Source: Lachnospiraceae bacterium (GTDB lineage Bacteria; Bacillota; Clostridia; Lachnospirales; Lachnospiraceae). From it: a stretch of DNA of 64,000 nt. Shown one piece after another: positions 9,803 through 20,157 of this stretch. Position 1 is the first letter of the stretch, and each line of letters starts with the position of its first letter. A program made the translations under genes and the position numbers. The stretch lies in the NCBI GenBank assembly GCA_029006155.1, contig JAQXGF010000115.1:3161-67160 (forward strand). The letters are read 5' to 3'. The notes beneath the pieces are model-generated. The model had not been told where the DNA came from and did no database searches. It saw only the letters and a list, made by a program, of their open reading frames with translations.

Positions 9803-9997
9803 AACATACATACACACGCATATCATTTCTGAATATGTGTGTCAGCAAGTCCCTTCCGGGTGTGAAATATACCGGCAGGGACTTCCTTGTGTTTTTTCAC
9901 AGGAAGATGATTCAGGTAAAATATGAATGCGGGTTGCAACTGTTGCAGTACACAGGGTAGCTGTGAACGATAACAAAACTCCAAGAAAGGAAAAACT

Positions 9998-10738
9998 ATG
10001 AACTGGATGAATGAACTGACCGCAGAATTCGAGAAAACGTTTATCCGCGACGATCGGTATAAGGTGTTTGTCACCGGATTTAAAAATACGATCCTGATCA
10101 CGCTTGTCTCACTCTGCGTCGGACTGATTGCGGGAATCCTGATCGCCATTGCGCGGTACGGCTTCCGGCAGATGAAACGAAAGGCAGCCGTGACCTGGTA
10201 TGCGAAGCTCTGGTATGACGTCTGCTGGGTAGCAGATAAGATTCTTGCACTGTATGTAGCGGTGATCCGTGGTGTGCCGCTCGTCGTACAGTTGCTGATT
10301 ATGGCATTTGTCGTGATGGCAGGTTTCCCGAACAAGATCGTGGTCTGCTGTATCGCGATGGGACTGAACTCTGCCGCTTATGTATCCGAGGTCGTACGTG
10401 GCGGTATCAATGCCGTCGATGTCGGACAGATGGAAGCGGGACGCTCGCTCGGCTTAAGTACGGCGACGACCATCTTCTTTATCATTTTGCCGCAGGCGTT
10501 TAAGTCTGCACTTCCGGCACTTTGTAACGAGGGCATCGCTGTATTAAAGGAGACATCGATCGTCGGATATATCGCAGTCGTCGATCTGACCCGTGCATCG
10601 GATCTGGTCAGAAGCCGGACGATGTCGCCGATGATGCCGCTGTTCTTTATTGCAATTGTCTATTTTGCATGCGTCATGATTCTGTCATGGGGCGTAAGTA
10701 TTCTGGAGAGGAGGCTGAAGCAGGGTGATCGAGGTTAA
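9998..10738 (+). CDS. Amino acid ABC transporter permease
   Basis: [35 protein letters not shown]. Confidence 0.95.
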   Translation: MNWMNELTAEFEKTFIRDDRYKVFVTGFKNTILITLVSLCVGLIAGILIAIARYGFRQMKRKAAVTWYAKLWYDVCWVADKILALYVAVIRGVPLVVQLLIMAFVVMAGFPNKIVVCCIAMGLNSAAYVSEVVRGGINAVDVGQMEAGRSLGLSTATTIFFIILPQAFKSALPALCNEGIAVLKETSIVGYIAVVDLTRASDLVRSRTMSPMMPLFFIAIVYFACVMILSWGVSILERRLKQGDRG

Positions 10739-11447
10739 AGGATTAAAAAAGGAATTTAACGGACTGAAAGTCTTAAACGGAATTGATTATAAGATCGAAC
10801 AGGGCGAGAAGATCGTTATCATCGGACCGAGCGGCTCCGGAAAGAGTACGTTCCTGCGTTGCCTGAACCTGCTGGAGGAGCCGACCGAAGGAGAGGTCTG
10901 GTTCGACGGTGTGGACATCACCGATCCGAAAAATGATATCAACAAAATGCGCCAGAAGATGGGAATGGTATTCCAGCATTTCAATCTCTTCCCGCACATG
11001 ACCGTACTTGGCAACATCACCTTTGCTCCGGTCCGGCTCGGACTGCAGACAAAGGAAGAGGCCAATGCCAATGCGATGCGTCTGCTGAAAAGGATCGGTC
11101 TGGAGGAGAAGGCAAATGAGTATCCGAACCGCTTATCCGGAGGACAGAAGCAGCGAATCGCGATCGTGCGTGCGCTGGCAATGAACCCGGAAGTGCTCCT
11201 GTTTGATGAGCCGACTTCCGCACTTGACCCGGAGATGGTCGGCGAGGTACTCGATCTGATCCGTGAGCTGGCGAACGAGGGCATGACGATGGTCATCGTC
11301 ACTCACGAGATGGGCTTCGCCAGAGAGGTCGGGACGCGCGTACTCTTCATCGACGAGGGCGTGATCAAAGAAGAAAATACGCCGCAGGAGTTTTTCGCCA
11401 ACCCGCAGAACCCGCGTTTGAAGGAGTTCCTGTCGAAGGTACTGTGA
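10725..11447 (+). CDS. Amino acid ABC transporter ATP-binding protein (GlnQ-like)
   Basis: [35 protein letters not shown]. Confidence 0.96.
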   Translation: MIEVKGLKKEFNGLKVLNGIDYKIEQGEKIVIIGPSGSGKSTFLRCLNLLEEPTEGEVWFDGVDITDPKNDINKMRQKMGMVFQHFNLFPHMTVLGNITFAPVRLGLQTKEEANANAMRLLKRIGLEEKANEYPNRLSGGQKQRIAIVRALAMNPEVLLFDEPTSALDPEMVGEVLDLIRELANEGMTMVIVTHEMGFAREVGTRVLFIDEGVIKEENTPQEFFANPQNPRLKEFLSKVL

Positions 11448-11544
11448 GAAATGAAAAGCGTATAAATTTTGAGAAAAATAAAATCAGTAAAACTGCCGAA
11501 ATGGCATGTTACTGGTGAAAGTAAAAAGGAAAAGGAGAACCGCC

Positions 11545-12327
11545 ATGTTTAAGAACGTAATCGTAAAAAGACCATGCAGCAAAATCACGGAGGGTATCAC
11601 CTCTGCACCGGAGCTTGGCAAGCCGGACTATGAGCTGGCATTGAAGCAGCACGACGCATACATCGAAGCATTAAAGAGCTGCGGCGTGGAAGTGACTGTA
11701 CTGGACGCCGATGAGAACTTCCCGGATTCCTGCTTCGTAGAGGATACTGCGGTGCTGACAAGAAAGTGCGCAATCATCACGAACCCGGGCGCTGCTTCCA
11801 GAAATAAAGAGGTAGAGGCGATGATTCCGGTCATCAAGCAGTTTTACAATGAGGACTGCATCGAGTACATCAAAGCTCCGGGTACCCTGGAGGGCGGCGA
11901 TGTCATGATGGTCGGCGATCATTTTTATGTAGGACGCTCCGCGCGGACGAACGAGGAAGGCATCCGTCAGTTCATCGCGATTCTGGAAAAATACGGCCTT
12001 AGCGGCTCCGAGGTAAAGCTGGAGAAGGTGCTGCACTTAAAGACCGGTGTCAACTACATCGAGAACAACAAGATGCTCGTATCCGGTGAGTTCATCGACA
12101 AGCCGGAGTTTGCACAGTATGAGAAGTACATCATCCCGGAGGATGAGGCATACGCAGCAAACTGCATCTGGATGAACGGAAAAGTCATCGTACCGGATCA
12201 CTTCCCGAAGGTAGCGCAGATCGTAAGAGATGCGGGATATGAGGTAATTCTTGTGGATACATCCGAGTATCGCAAGATCGATGGTGGATTAAGCTGCCTT
12301 TCCCTGCGTTTTACCGCACAGAAATAA
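11545..12327 (+). CDS. N(G),N(G)-dimethylarginine dimethylaminohydrolase (amidinotransferase superfamily)
   Basis: FPDSCFVEDTAV, LEGGDV, RTNEEG, LHLKT, DGGLSCLSLR catalytic Cys/His/acid motifs. Confidence 0.88.
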   Translation: MFKNVIVKRPCSKITEGITSAPELGKPDYELALKQHDAYIEALKSCGVEVTVLDADENFPDSCFVEDTAVLTRKCAIITNPGAASRNKEVEAMIPVIKQFYNEDCIEYIKAPGTLEGGDVMMVGDHFYVGRSARTNEEGIRQFIAILEKYGLSGSEVKLEKVLHLKTGVNYIENNKMLVSGEFIDKPEFAQYEKYIIPEDEAYAANCIWMNGKVIVPDHFPKVAQIVRDAGYEVILVDTSEYRKIDGGLSCLSLRFTAQK

Positions 12328-12350
12328 TGGAAATGAACTAAAATAAAACA

Positions 12351-12410
12351 TACAACGTAAAAATGCTTCGATTTCCCGAATGGGTGGTCGAAGCATTTTT
12401 ACGTATGTTA
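12351..12410. terminator. Bidirectional terminator
   Basis: ACGTAAAAATGCTTCGA...TCGAAGCATTTTTACGT long stem. Confidence 0.8.
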
Positions 12411-13286
12411 TATGTAGCTCATGAATCCTTTTCCGACAATCTCGCTGCTCTTGGTGACTGCGGTAAAGGCGGTCGGCTCTGTCCTGGAAATGAAGCGCTG
12501 GAGCAGGATTGCCTGCCGGACATCCACGACCGTCAGAATGACGGTGCGGTCCTTGTGGGAGTATGCCCCCTCCGCATGATAAGTCGTAGCGCTGTGGTTT
12601 AAATCGTTGGTGATAAAGTGGCAGATCGGATCCGGATTGGTGGAGACGATCGTGAAAAATTTATTCAGCTTCATCCGCTCAATGGCCTTGTCGATCAGCA
12701 GTGTCTTTGCGAGCAGTCCGAGGATCGAGCACAGACCGGTGCGCACATCGAAGATCAGAAAGGATACAATGACGACGATCAGGTCCGTAAAAAGCAGTGC
12801 TGTTGAGATGTTCATCGTCGAATATTTCTGGATGATCATGGCGATGATGTCGGTGCCACCGCCGGATGCATTTTCGAAAAACAGCATAGCTGCTGCGATT
12901 GCCGGGAGCAGGATCGCGAAGCAGAGCTCCAGCATGATCTCATCGGTGAGAGGATGTGTCATAGGGAATACTTTTTCAAAAATGTTCAGCAAAATGGAAG
13001 ATAGCACGGTGACATAAGCAGTCTTTAATCCGAAGTTTTTTCCGAGAAACGCGAAACCTACCACAAGCAGAATCAAGTTGATGATCAGGTTGATCTGCGA
13101 GGCGGAGAAAGACGAAAACTTCGAAAAGACGACTGCCATACCGGATACGCCGCCGAAGGAAAAATTATTTGGAAATTTGAAGACGTAAATACCAATGTCC
13201 ATAATCAGGACAGCGGCAGTGATGAGCGTATATTCTTTTAAGGTACGGGACAGTGGTGGAGCTGTTTCTTTTTTTTCAATTTGCAT
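12408..13286 (-). CDS. YitT family membrane protein
   Basis: GGVSG, SGGGTDIIA, C-terminal EGAYS...EPTAF...EIVGKGF. Confidence 0.9.
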   Translation of the reverse strand: MQIEKKETAPPLSRTLKEYTLITAAVLIMDIGIYVFKFPNNFSFGGVSGMAVVFSKFSSFSASQINLIINLILLVVGFAFLGKNFGLKTAYVTVLSSILLNIFEKVFPMTHPLTDEIMLELCFAILLPAIAAAMLFFENASGGGTDIIAMIIQKYSTMNISTALLFTDLIVVIVSFLIFDVRTGLCSILGLLAKTLLIDKAIERMKLNKFFTIVSTNPDPICHFITNDLNHSATTYHAEGAYSHKDRTVILTVVDVRQAILLQRFISRTEPTAFTAVTKSSEIVGKGFMSYI

Positions 13287-13552
13287 ACAAGGTTTCCTCC
13301 AGTGTGAGTTGTGGTGAATCACATCAGGTCCGGCGTTATGTAGCTTGCCCGGCGGACGGTGACGCAGGGAAGATGACTATAGTATATCATAACAGGGCGC
13401 TTCTTTCTATCTACTTTTCCTGTGAGTTACTCATAATGTAAGCGTTCTGCATTTTGCGTGCGGGATACCGGAAGAGAATAAGGTTGTCAATTCCCACGAA
13501 GTGTTCTATAATTGGGACAATGTAAAGAGCGATTCGGAAAGGACGGTAGAGT

Positions 13553-14929
13553 GTGCGAAAGAGAGAGCGTTATAAACGACTGATTATGTTTCTTGCGACG
13601 GTGCTGATCGTGGCGATCCAGACCGGCGTATTTGCATATGCGTGGTTTCACGACTACTATACGAAGGAAATCATCGGAAGGATGTACGGATATTGGGGAC
13701 ACTGGGCGCTGCTGGTGCTGTATGCGGTGATGGTAGTGCTCGTATCGAAGCTGTTTTCAGCCTTCAAGGTCGGTTACATGCGGATACTGGATGTGATTCT
13801 GTCACAGATTTTTTCCGTGCTGGTCGTCAATGTGTTTGAATATCTGCAGCTCTCCCTGATCGGCCGGTGGCGCTTCCTGACGCACCTGGAGCCGATGCTG
13901 CGGGTCACGGGGATCAATCTGGTCGCAGTCGTGGCGTGGGTATTTTTCATGCGTATCATCTACGCGCGCATTTATCCGCCGCATCAGGTGCTGCTGATCT
14001 ATGATAAATTCAGCCCGAAGTCGCTGATCCATAAGATGGAGGAGCGCAAGGACAAATACATCGTGACTGGTACGATCCCACTCTCAGCGGGGATCGACCG
14101 GATCAAAGAGGAGATTCCGAAGCATCAGGCGGTCATGATCGGTGACCTTCCGGCGCATGAGCGGAACATTTTCCTGAAATACTGTTTTGAGAAAAATATC
14201 CGCTGCTACTGTCAGCCGAAGATTTCCGATATCATGATTATGTCATCGGAGAAGATCCACATGTTTGACACACCGCTTCTGCTGTTCCGCAACTGTGGCC
14301 TGACGGTGGAGAAGCAGGTCATTAAGCGTATTTTCGACGTGCTCGTATCCGGACTGATGCTGATTGTGCTCTCGCCGCTCATGCTACTCATTGCGCTGCT
14401 CGTGCATTTCTATGACGGAGGCCCGGTCTTTTACAAGCAGGAGCGTCTGACGAAGGACGGAGCGGTGTTCCTCGTCTACAAGTTCCGGAGCATGCGCGTG
14501 GATTCGGAGAAGAACGGCGCGCGTCTGGCAATGAAGGGCGACAGCCGTGTCACCCCGGTCGGAAAGGTGCTGCGGAACATTCATTTTGATGAGCTGCCGC
14601 AGCTGATCAATATCATCAAGGGCGATATGTCGCTCGTCGGCCCGCGTCCGGAGCGCCCGGAGATCGCGGCGCAGTACACGAAGGAGATTCCGGAGTTCCC
14701 GTACCGGCTGAAGGTAAAGGCAGGACTGACCGGCTATGCACAGGTGTACGGCAAGTACAATACGACGCCGTATGACAAGCTGAAGCTGGATCTGACGTAC
14801 ATCGAGAATTATTCGTTCCTGCTCGACCTGCAGCTGATCGCGACGACGGTGAAGATTCTGTTCCAGAAGGAAAATACGGAGGGGGTTGACCAGTGGCAGA
14901 CAACGGCATCAAAACGGGAGAAGCAGTAG
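13553..14929 (+). CDS. Priming sugar transferase (polyprenyl glycosylphosphotransferase, WcaJ/CpsE-like)
   Basis: KRIFD, KFRSM, DELPQLINI.KGDMSLVGPRPE, GLTGYAQV. Confidence 0.93.
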   Translation: MRKRERYKRLIMFLATVLIVAIQTGVFAYAWFHDYYTKEIIGRMYGYWGHWALLVLYAVMVVLVSKLFSAFKVGYMRILDVILSQIFSVLVVNVFEYLQLSLIGRWRFLTHLEPMLRVTGINLVAVVAWVFFMRIIYARIYPPHQVLLIYDKFSPKSLIHKMEERKDKYIVTGTIPLSAGIDRIKEEIPKHQAVMIGDLPAHERNIFLKYCFEKNIRCYCQPKISDIMIMSSEKIHMFDTPLLLFRNCGLTVEKQVIKRIFDVLVSGLMLIVLSPLMLLIALLVHFYDGGPVFYKQERLTKDGAVFLVYKFRSMRVDSEKNGARLAMKGDSRVTPVGKVLRNIHFDELPQLINIIKGDMSLVGPRPERPEIAAQYTKEIPEFPYRLKVKAGLTGYAQVYGKYNTTPYDKLKLDLTYIENYSFLLDLQLIATTVKILFQKENTEGVDQWQTTASKREKQ

Positions 14930-15681
14930 ATGTGCTCGTATCGGTCATCATGCCGGCGTGGAACTGCGCGGGGACGATCAGGAAGGCGATCGACTCAGTG
15001 CTGGCACAGGACATCCCGCTGGAGCTGATCGTGGTAAACGATACCTCACCGGATGAGCTGGATGCGGTGATGCAAAGATACGTGTCAGATCCCCGTGTCC
15101 GCTATGTGAAAAATGAGCACAACCTCGGTGCTTCCGGCAGCCGGAACCGCGGTGTGGCGCTGGCAAAAGGCATGTATGTGGCTTTTCTGGATGCGGATGA
15201 CTGGTGGGAGAAGGGCAAGCTGAAAAAGCAGCTGCAGCTTCTGGAGGCGACACGCGCAGTGCTGTGCTCGACGGGCCGGGAGCTGCTGACGTCGGACGGC
15301 GCACAGACCGGCAGAGTCATCGGCGTGCCGGAGGAGATCACCTACCGGAAGCTTTTGCACCACAATTGCATCAACTGCTCCTCGGTCGTGCTGCGCACCG
15401 ACGTGGCGCGGGAATTTCCGATGGAGCATGAGGACAGCCACGAGGATTACATCCTCTGGCTGCGCATTTTAAAAAAGTATGGACGGGCAGTGGCTGTGAA
15501 TGAGCCGCTGCTCAAATATCGTCTGAGCAGCAAAGGCAAGTCCGGGAGCAAACTTCAGTCGGCGCGGATGACCTACCGCGTGTACCGGTATGTCGGGATG
15601 AGCCGGTGGCAGTCACTTCTGTGCTTTTGCATGTATGCGGTAAATGGTGTGTGGAAGTACGCACGGGCTTATATAAAATAG
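14893..15681 (+). CDS. Glycosyltransferase family 2
   Basis: VSVIMPAWN, RNRG, FLDADD, EDY. Confidence 0.92.
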   Translation: MADNGIKTGEAVDVLVSVIMPAWNCAGTIRKAIDSVLAQDIPLELIVVNDTSPDELDAVMQRYVSDPRVRYVKNEHNLGASGSRNRGVALAKGMYVAFLDADDWWEKGKLKKQLQLLEATRAVLCSTGRELLTSDGAQTGRVIGVPEEITYRKLLHHNCINCSSVVLRTDVAREFPMEHEDSHEDYILWLRILKKYGRAVAVNEPLLKYRLSSKGKSGSKLQSARMTYRVYRYVGMSRWQSLLCFCMYAVNGVWKYARAYIK

Positions 15682-15838
15682 ATTTTTCATTTTGAGATAT
15701 TTATGTGATGGAAATGGTAAGGGAATAGCAGATTGCACGGGCACAGAGACAAAAATCGGCGGAATCCGTCGGGTTTGTCACTTGCGTGCTTGTGGTGTCT
15801 GTGCTACTATAAAAAACAAAACGAAAAGGAGAACCCCT

Positions 15839-16765
15839 ATGATTCAGAAACTGATTGCAAATATAAAGAAGGCAAATGCACCGATCGTAGTCGGACTTGA
15901 TCCGATGCTCTCCTATATTCCGGAGCAGGTAAAGGCAGCTGCGTTTAAGGAGTATGGCGAGACGCTGGAAGGTGCGGCAGAAGCAGTATGGCAGTACAAT
16001 AAGGCAATCGTGGATGAGGTATATGATCTGATCCCGGCGGTAAAGCCGCAGATTGCGATGTACGAGCAGTTCGGGATCCCGGGCCTTGTGGCATTTAAGC
16101 GGACCGTGGATTACTGTCACGAAAAGGGACTCGTTGTGATCGGCGACGTGAAGCGTGGGGATATCGGCTCCACTTCCGCAGCCTATGCGACGGCGCATCT
16201 TGGCAAAGTACAGATCGGTGCAGCGACGGCGACTCCGTTCGGAGAGGACTTTGCGACGGTGAATCCGTATCTTGGCTCCGACGGTATCAAGCCGTTCCTC
16301 GAAGTATGCAAGGCCGAGAAGAAGGGTCTTTTCATTCTCGTAAAGACATCCAATCCGTCCAGCGGCGAGTTCCAGGATCAGCTGATCAATGGCCGCCCGC
16401 TCTATGAGCTCGTCGGTGAGAAGGTCGCTGAATGGGGCGCAGAGTGCATGGGTGATACGTACAGCTACATTGGCGCAGTGGTCGGTGCGACCTATCCGGA
16501 GATGGGCAAGGTGCTCCGGAAAGTCATGCCGAAGTCGTTCATCCTCGTTCCGGGCTACGGTGCACAGGGCGGCAAGGCGGCAGATCTGGTACACTACTTC
16601 AATGAAGACGGACTCGGTGCGATCGTCAACTCCTCCAGAGGCATCATCGCTGCTTACAAGCAGGAAAAGTATGCCGCTTACGGCGCAGAGAATTTTGCAA
16701 AGGCGAGCCGCGCGGCAGTAGAAGACATGATCGCAGATATCAACGGAGCGCTGGAAAGAAGATAA
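15839..16765 (+). CDS. pyrF: Orotidine-5'-phosphate decarboxylase
   Basis: VGLDP, DVKRGDIGST, KTSNP, PGYGAQG, NSSRGI. Confidence 0.96.
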   Translation: MIQKLIANIKKANAPIVVGLDPMLSYIPEQVKAAAFKEYGETLEGAAEAVWQYNKAIVDEVYDLIPAVKPQIAMYEQFGIPGLVAFKRTVDYCHEKGLVVIGDVKRGDIGSTSAAYATAHLGKVQIGAATATPFGEDFATVNPYLGSDGIKPFLEVCKAEKKGLFILVKTSNPSSGEFQDQLINGRPLYELVGEKVAEWGAECMGDTYSYIGAVVGATYPEMGKVLRKVMPKSFILVPGYGAQGGKAADLVHYFNEDGLGAIVNSSRGIIAAYKQEKYAAYGAENFAKASRAAVEDMIADINGALERR

Positions 16766-16782
16766 GAGAAAAGGACAGGAAA

Positions 16783-17568
16783 ATGGCGGAGAAATTCAAA
16801 GAAGTGGCGCAGGTGATTTCACAGGAATCACTCGGCGGACAGATTTACAGTATGTGGATTCAGACGGAGCAGATCGCGGCGGCGGCAAAGCCGGGACAGT
16901 TTGTCTCTGTCTATTCGAAAAATCAGGCGAAGCTTCTGCCGCGTCCGATCAGTCTGTGTGAGATTGACCGGGAGCATGGCAGGCTGCGCATCGTCTACCG
17001 TGTGACCGGGGCAGGTACCGGCACGGAGGAGTTCAGCACTTATCAGGCAGGCGATTCGATCGAGCTGCTCGGGCCGCTCGGAAATGGGTTCCCGGTGGAG
17101 CGGGCAGAAGGAAAGCGCGTATTTCTGATCGGCGGTGGAATCGGTATCCCGCCGATGGTACAGCTGGCAAAGGCACTTGGCGGCACAGCCACGGCGATCA
17201 TGGGCTATCGCAATGCGGATACGTTTCTGGAGCAGGAGCTTTCCGCACATGCCACCCTTTACATCGCGACCGAGGATGGAAGCCTTGGGACGAAGGGAAA
17301 TGTTATCGACTGCATCAAAGAAAATGATCTGAAGGCAGACGTGCTCTTTGCCTGTGGTCCGACTCCGATGCTCCGTGCACTCAAGGCATACGCAAAAGAG
17401 ACCGGGATCGAGTGCTGGATCTCGATGGAGGAGCGGATGGCCTGCGGCATCGGTGCGTGTCTGGCCTGTGTGTGCAAATCGACGGAGGTCGACGCACATT
17501 CTCAGGTGAAGAATAAACGAGTATGTAAGGAAGGTCCGGTATTTCTGGCGGACGATGTGGAGCTGTAG
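16783..17568 (+). CDS. pyrK: Dihydroorotate dehydrogenase electron transfer subunit
   Basis: RPIS, GPLGNGF, GGGIG, CGP, MACGIGACLAC. Confidence 0.95.
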   Translation: MAEKFKEVAQVISQESLGGQIYSMWIQTEQIAAAAKPGQFVSVYSKNQAKLLPRPISLCEIDREHGRLRIVYRVTGAGTGTEEFSTYQAGDSIELLGPLGNGFPVERAEGKRVFLIGGGIGIPPMVQLAKALGGTATAIMGYRNADTFLEQELSAHATLYIATEDGSLGTKGNVIDCIKENDLKADVLFACGPTPMLRALKAYAKETGIECWISMEERMACGIGACLACVCKSTEVDAHSQVKNKRVCKEGPVFLADDVEL

Positions 17569-17582
17569 AAAGAGGAGAAAAC

Positions 17583-18488
17583 ATGGCAGATATGAGTGTA
17601 AACATCGCCGGCGTTACCTTGAAGAATCCGGTGATGACAGCGTCCGGGACCTTTGGCTCCGGAATGGAATACAGTGAATTCGTGGATTTGTCCAGGCTTG
17701 GTGCGGTCGTGACCAAAGGCGTCGCGAACGTTCCGTGGCCGGGCAATCCGACACCGCGTGTGGCGGAGATCCGAAGCGGCATGATGAATGCGATCGGCCT
17801 GCAGAATCCGGGCATTGACCTGTTCTGCAAGCGGGACATCCCGTTTCTGAAGCAGTACGATACGAAGATCATCGTCAATGTCTGCGGCCATACGACCGAG
17901 GAATACTGTGAGACCGTAGACCGACTCGCACAGGAGCCGGTAGACATGCTCGAGATTAATATTTCCTGTCCGAATGTAAAATGCGGCGGCATCTCTTTTG
18001 GACAGGATCCAAAGGCAGTCGAAGCGATTACCGCAGAGATCAAGCGGCATGCCGCACAGCCGGTGATCATGAAGCTGAGCCCGAACGTGACGGACATTAC
18101 GGAGATCGCGAAGGCAGCAGAGGCGGGAGGCGCAGATGCACTCTCGATGATCAATACCCTGACCGGTATGAAGATCGATATCCATCGCCAGACATTTGCG
18201 ATCGCAAACAAGACCGGCGGCGTGTCCGGCCCGGCGGTACATCCGATCGCGGTGCGTATGGTCTACCAGACCGCACAGGCGGTGCATATCCCAATTATCG
18301 GCATGGGCGGCATCCAGAACGCGGAGGATGCGATCGAGTTCCTGCTCGCAGGAGCGACCGCCGTGGCAGTCGGGACCGCGAATTTCCGCAATCCGATGAC
18401 GACAGTCGAAGTCATCGACGGCATTGCGGATTATATGAAGGCCCATCAGGTGGAAAAAGTCACCGATCTGATCGGGGCGGTACACTGA
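17583..18488 (+). CDS. pyrD: Dihydroorotate dehydrogenase B catalytic subunit
   Basis: ASGTFG, NAIGLQNPG, EINISCPNV, KLSPN, GGVSG. Confidence 0.96.
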   Translation: MADMSVNIAGVTLKNPVMTASGTFGSGMEYSEFVDLSRLGAVVTKGVANVPWPGNPTPRVAEIRSGMMNAIGLQNPGIDLFCKRDIPFLKQYDTKIIVNVCGHTTEEYCETVDRLAQEPVDMLEINISCPNVKCGGISFGQDPKAVEAITAEIKRHAAQPVIMKLSPNVTDITEIAKAAEAGGADALSMINTLTGMKIDIHRQTFAIANKTGGVSGPAVHPIAVRMVYQTAQAVHIPIIGMGGIQNAEDAIEFLLAGATAVAVGTANFRNPMTTVEVIDGIADYMKAHQVEKVTDLIGAVH

Positions 18489-18520
18489 AATATGGAATTA
18501 TTTATTCGAAAGGCAAAAAA

Positions 18521-19279
18521 GTGAATCAGTTTTCAAGAACAGAGTTATTAATTGGAAAAGAAGGAATCGAAAAGCTGGCGAACAGCCGGGTGGCAATATT
18601 TGGCATCGGCGGGGTCGGCGGCTATACGGTGGAGGCACTGGCGCGCAGCGGCGTTGGGGAATTCGATCTGATCGACGACGACCGGATCTGCCTGACAAAC
18701 ATCAACCGCCAGATTCTGGCGACGCGCAGCACCGTCGGAAAATATAAAGTGGATGTGGCGATGGAGCGGATCCTCGACATCAATCCGCGCGCACAGGTAC
18801 ACACGTACAAGACATTTTACATGCCGGATACAGCAGATCAGTTTGATTTTTCCGCGTATGATTACGTCGTCGATGCGATCGATACCGTGACCGGAAAGCT
18901 GCAGCTCGTGGAGCAGGCGTACCGCACCGGGACGAAGATCATCAGCTCGATGGGCGCAGGCAACAAGATGGATGCGAGTGCCTTTCAGGTGGCGGATATC
19001 TCGAAGACGAGCGTCTGCCCGCTGGCCAAGGTCATGCGCCGGGAGCTGAAAAAGCGCGGCATCAAAAAGCTGAAGGTCGTCTACTCGACGGAGCTTCCGA
19101 TCGAGCCGAAAGAGACCGAAGAATTAAGCTGCAAGAACCACTGCATCTGCCCGCCGGGAACCGCACGGAAATGTACGGCCCGCCGTCAGATTCCGGGCAG
19201 CACCGCGTTTGTGCCGTCGGTGGTCGGACTGATCATTGCGGGTGAGGTTGTGAAGGATTTGGTTGGAGAAGTACAATAG
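18521..19279 (+). CDS. tcdA: tRNA threonylcarbamoyladenosine dehydratase (ThiF family)
   Basis: GTG start; GIGGVG, TNINRQ, DAID, SSMGAG, CPLAK; the longer ORF-track N-terminus overlaps pyrD. Confidence 0.85.
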   Translation: MNQFSRTELLIGKEGIEKLANSRVAIFGIGGVGGYTVEALARSGVGEFDLIDDDRICLTNINRQILATRSTVGKYKVDVAMERILDINPRAQVHTYKTFYMPDTADQFDFSAYDYVVDAIDTVTGKLQLVEQAYRTGTKIISSMGAGNKMDASAFQVADISKTSVCPLAKVMRRELKKRGIKKLKVVYSTELPIEPKETEELSCKNHCICPPGTARKCTARRQIPGSTAFVPSVVGLIIAGEVVKDLVGEVQ

Positions 19280-19292
19280 GAGGGTCCATAAG

Positions 19293-19973
19293 ATGGAAAA
19301 ATACAAGCAGGAATTTATCGAATTTATGGTAGAGAGTGATGTGCTGAAGTTTGGCGATTTTACGTTAAAGAGCGGACGGAAATCTCCGTTTTTCATGAAT
19401 GCGGGCGCATATGTGACCGGTTCCCAGTTGCATCGGCTCGGACAGTATTATGCGAAGGCGATTCATGACAACTATGGTACCGATTTTGATGTGCTCTTCG
19501 GGCCGGCCTACAAGGGTATCCCGCTTGCGGTCGCGACGGTGATCGCATTCAGTGAGCTCTATGGCAAGGAGATCCGCTACTGTGCGAACCGCAAGGAGCT
19601 CAAGGATCACGGCGACGCAGGCATCCTGCTCGGCAGCAAATTAAAAGACGGCGACCGCGTGGTCATCATTGAGGATGTGACGACCTCCGGAAAATCGATC
19701 GAGGAGACGTTCCCGATCATCCGCGCGCAGGCAAATGTGGAGATCAAGGGGCTGATGGTATCCCTGAACCGCATGGAAGTCGGCAAGGGCGGCGTCAAGA
19801 GTGCACTTGATGAGATCAAAGAGCTGTATGGCTTTGATGCAAAGGCGATCGTGACGATGGAAGAAGTCGTGGAATATCTGTACAACCGTCCGTGTCAGGG
19901 AAAAGTGCGGATCGACGATGCAATGAAAGCGGCCATCGACGCATACTATGTAGAGTACGGGGCGAAAGCGTGA
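19293..19973 (+). CDS. pyrE: Orotate phosphoribosyltransferase
   Basis: FTLKSGRKSP, GPAYKGIP, KDHG, IIEDVTTSG. Confidence 0.96.
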   Translation: MEKYKQEFIEFMVESDVLKFGDFTLKSGRKSPFFMNAGAYVTGSQLHRLGQYYAKAIHDNYGTDFDVLFGPAYKGIPLAVATVIAFSELYGKEIRYCANRKELKDHGDAGILLGSKLKDGDRVVIIEDVTTSGKSIEETFPIIRAQANVEIKGLMVSLNRMEVGKGGVKSALDEIKELYGFDAKAIVTMEEVVEYLYNRPCQGKVRIDDAMKAAIDAYYVEYGAKA

Positions 19974-19998
19974 TATATTCAGAAAGGAATGAGTCAAT

Positions 19999-20157
19999 AT
20001 GGATAAAAAAGAGAGATTATACAAGACCGTGGCAAATTCCGCGATCTGGAATCTGGTGATGGGCATTGTCGTGCTCGTGACCGGCATTACCTCCGGGGTA
20101 CTTCTGCTGATCAGCGCAGTCCGGTTGATGAGAAGTAAAGGAGACATTACATTCTGA
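19999..20157 (+). CDS. Small (52 aa) membrane protein missing from the ORF track
   Basis: MDKKERLYKTVANSAIWNLVMGIVVLVTGITSGVLLLISAVRLMRSKGDITF; AGAAAGGA upstream; stop overlaps the next ATG (TGATG). Confidence 0.7.
   Translation: MDKKERLYKTVANSAIWNLVMGIVVLVTGITSGVLLLISAVRLMRSKGDITF

Noticed and set aside
9810-9900. ncRNA between the amino-acid SBP and permease
   Set aside because: Two simple hairpins, adequately explained as the usual post-SBP stabiliser or partial terminator
15682-15838. PyrR attenuator upstream of pyrF
   Set aside because: No AGTCCAGAGAGGCT-like PyrR loop or terminator; the putative promoter lies close to the RBS
17981-18520. 432-aa extended tcdA ORF or pyrD-tcdA frameshift fusion
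   Set aside because: The extension is an alternate frame inside intact pyrD; the ThiF-like sequence begins at GTG 18521 after an RBS-like GAAAGG
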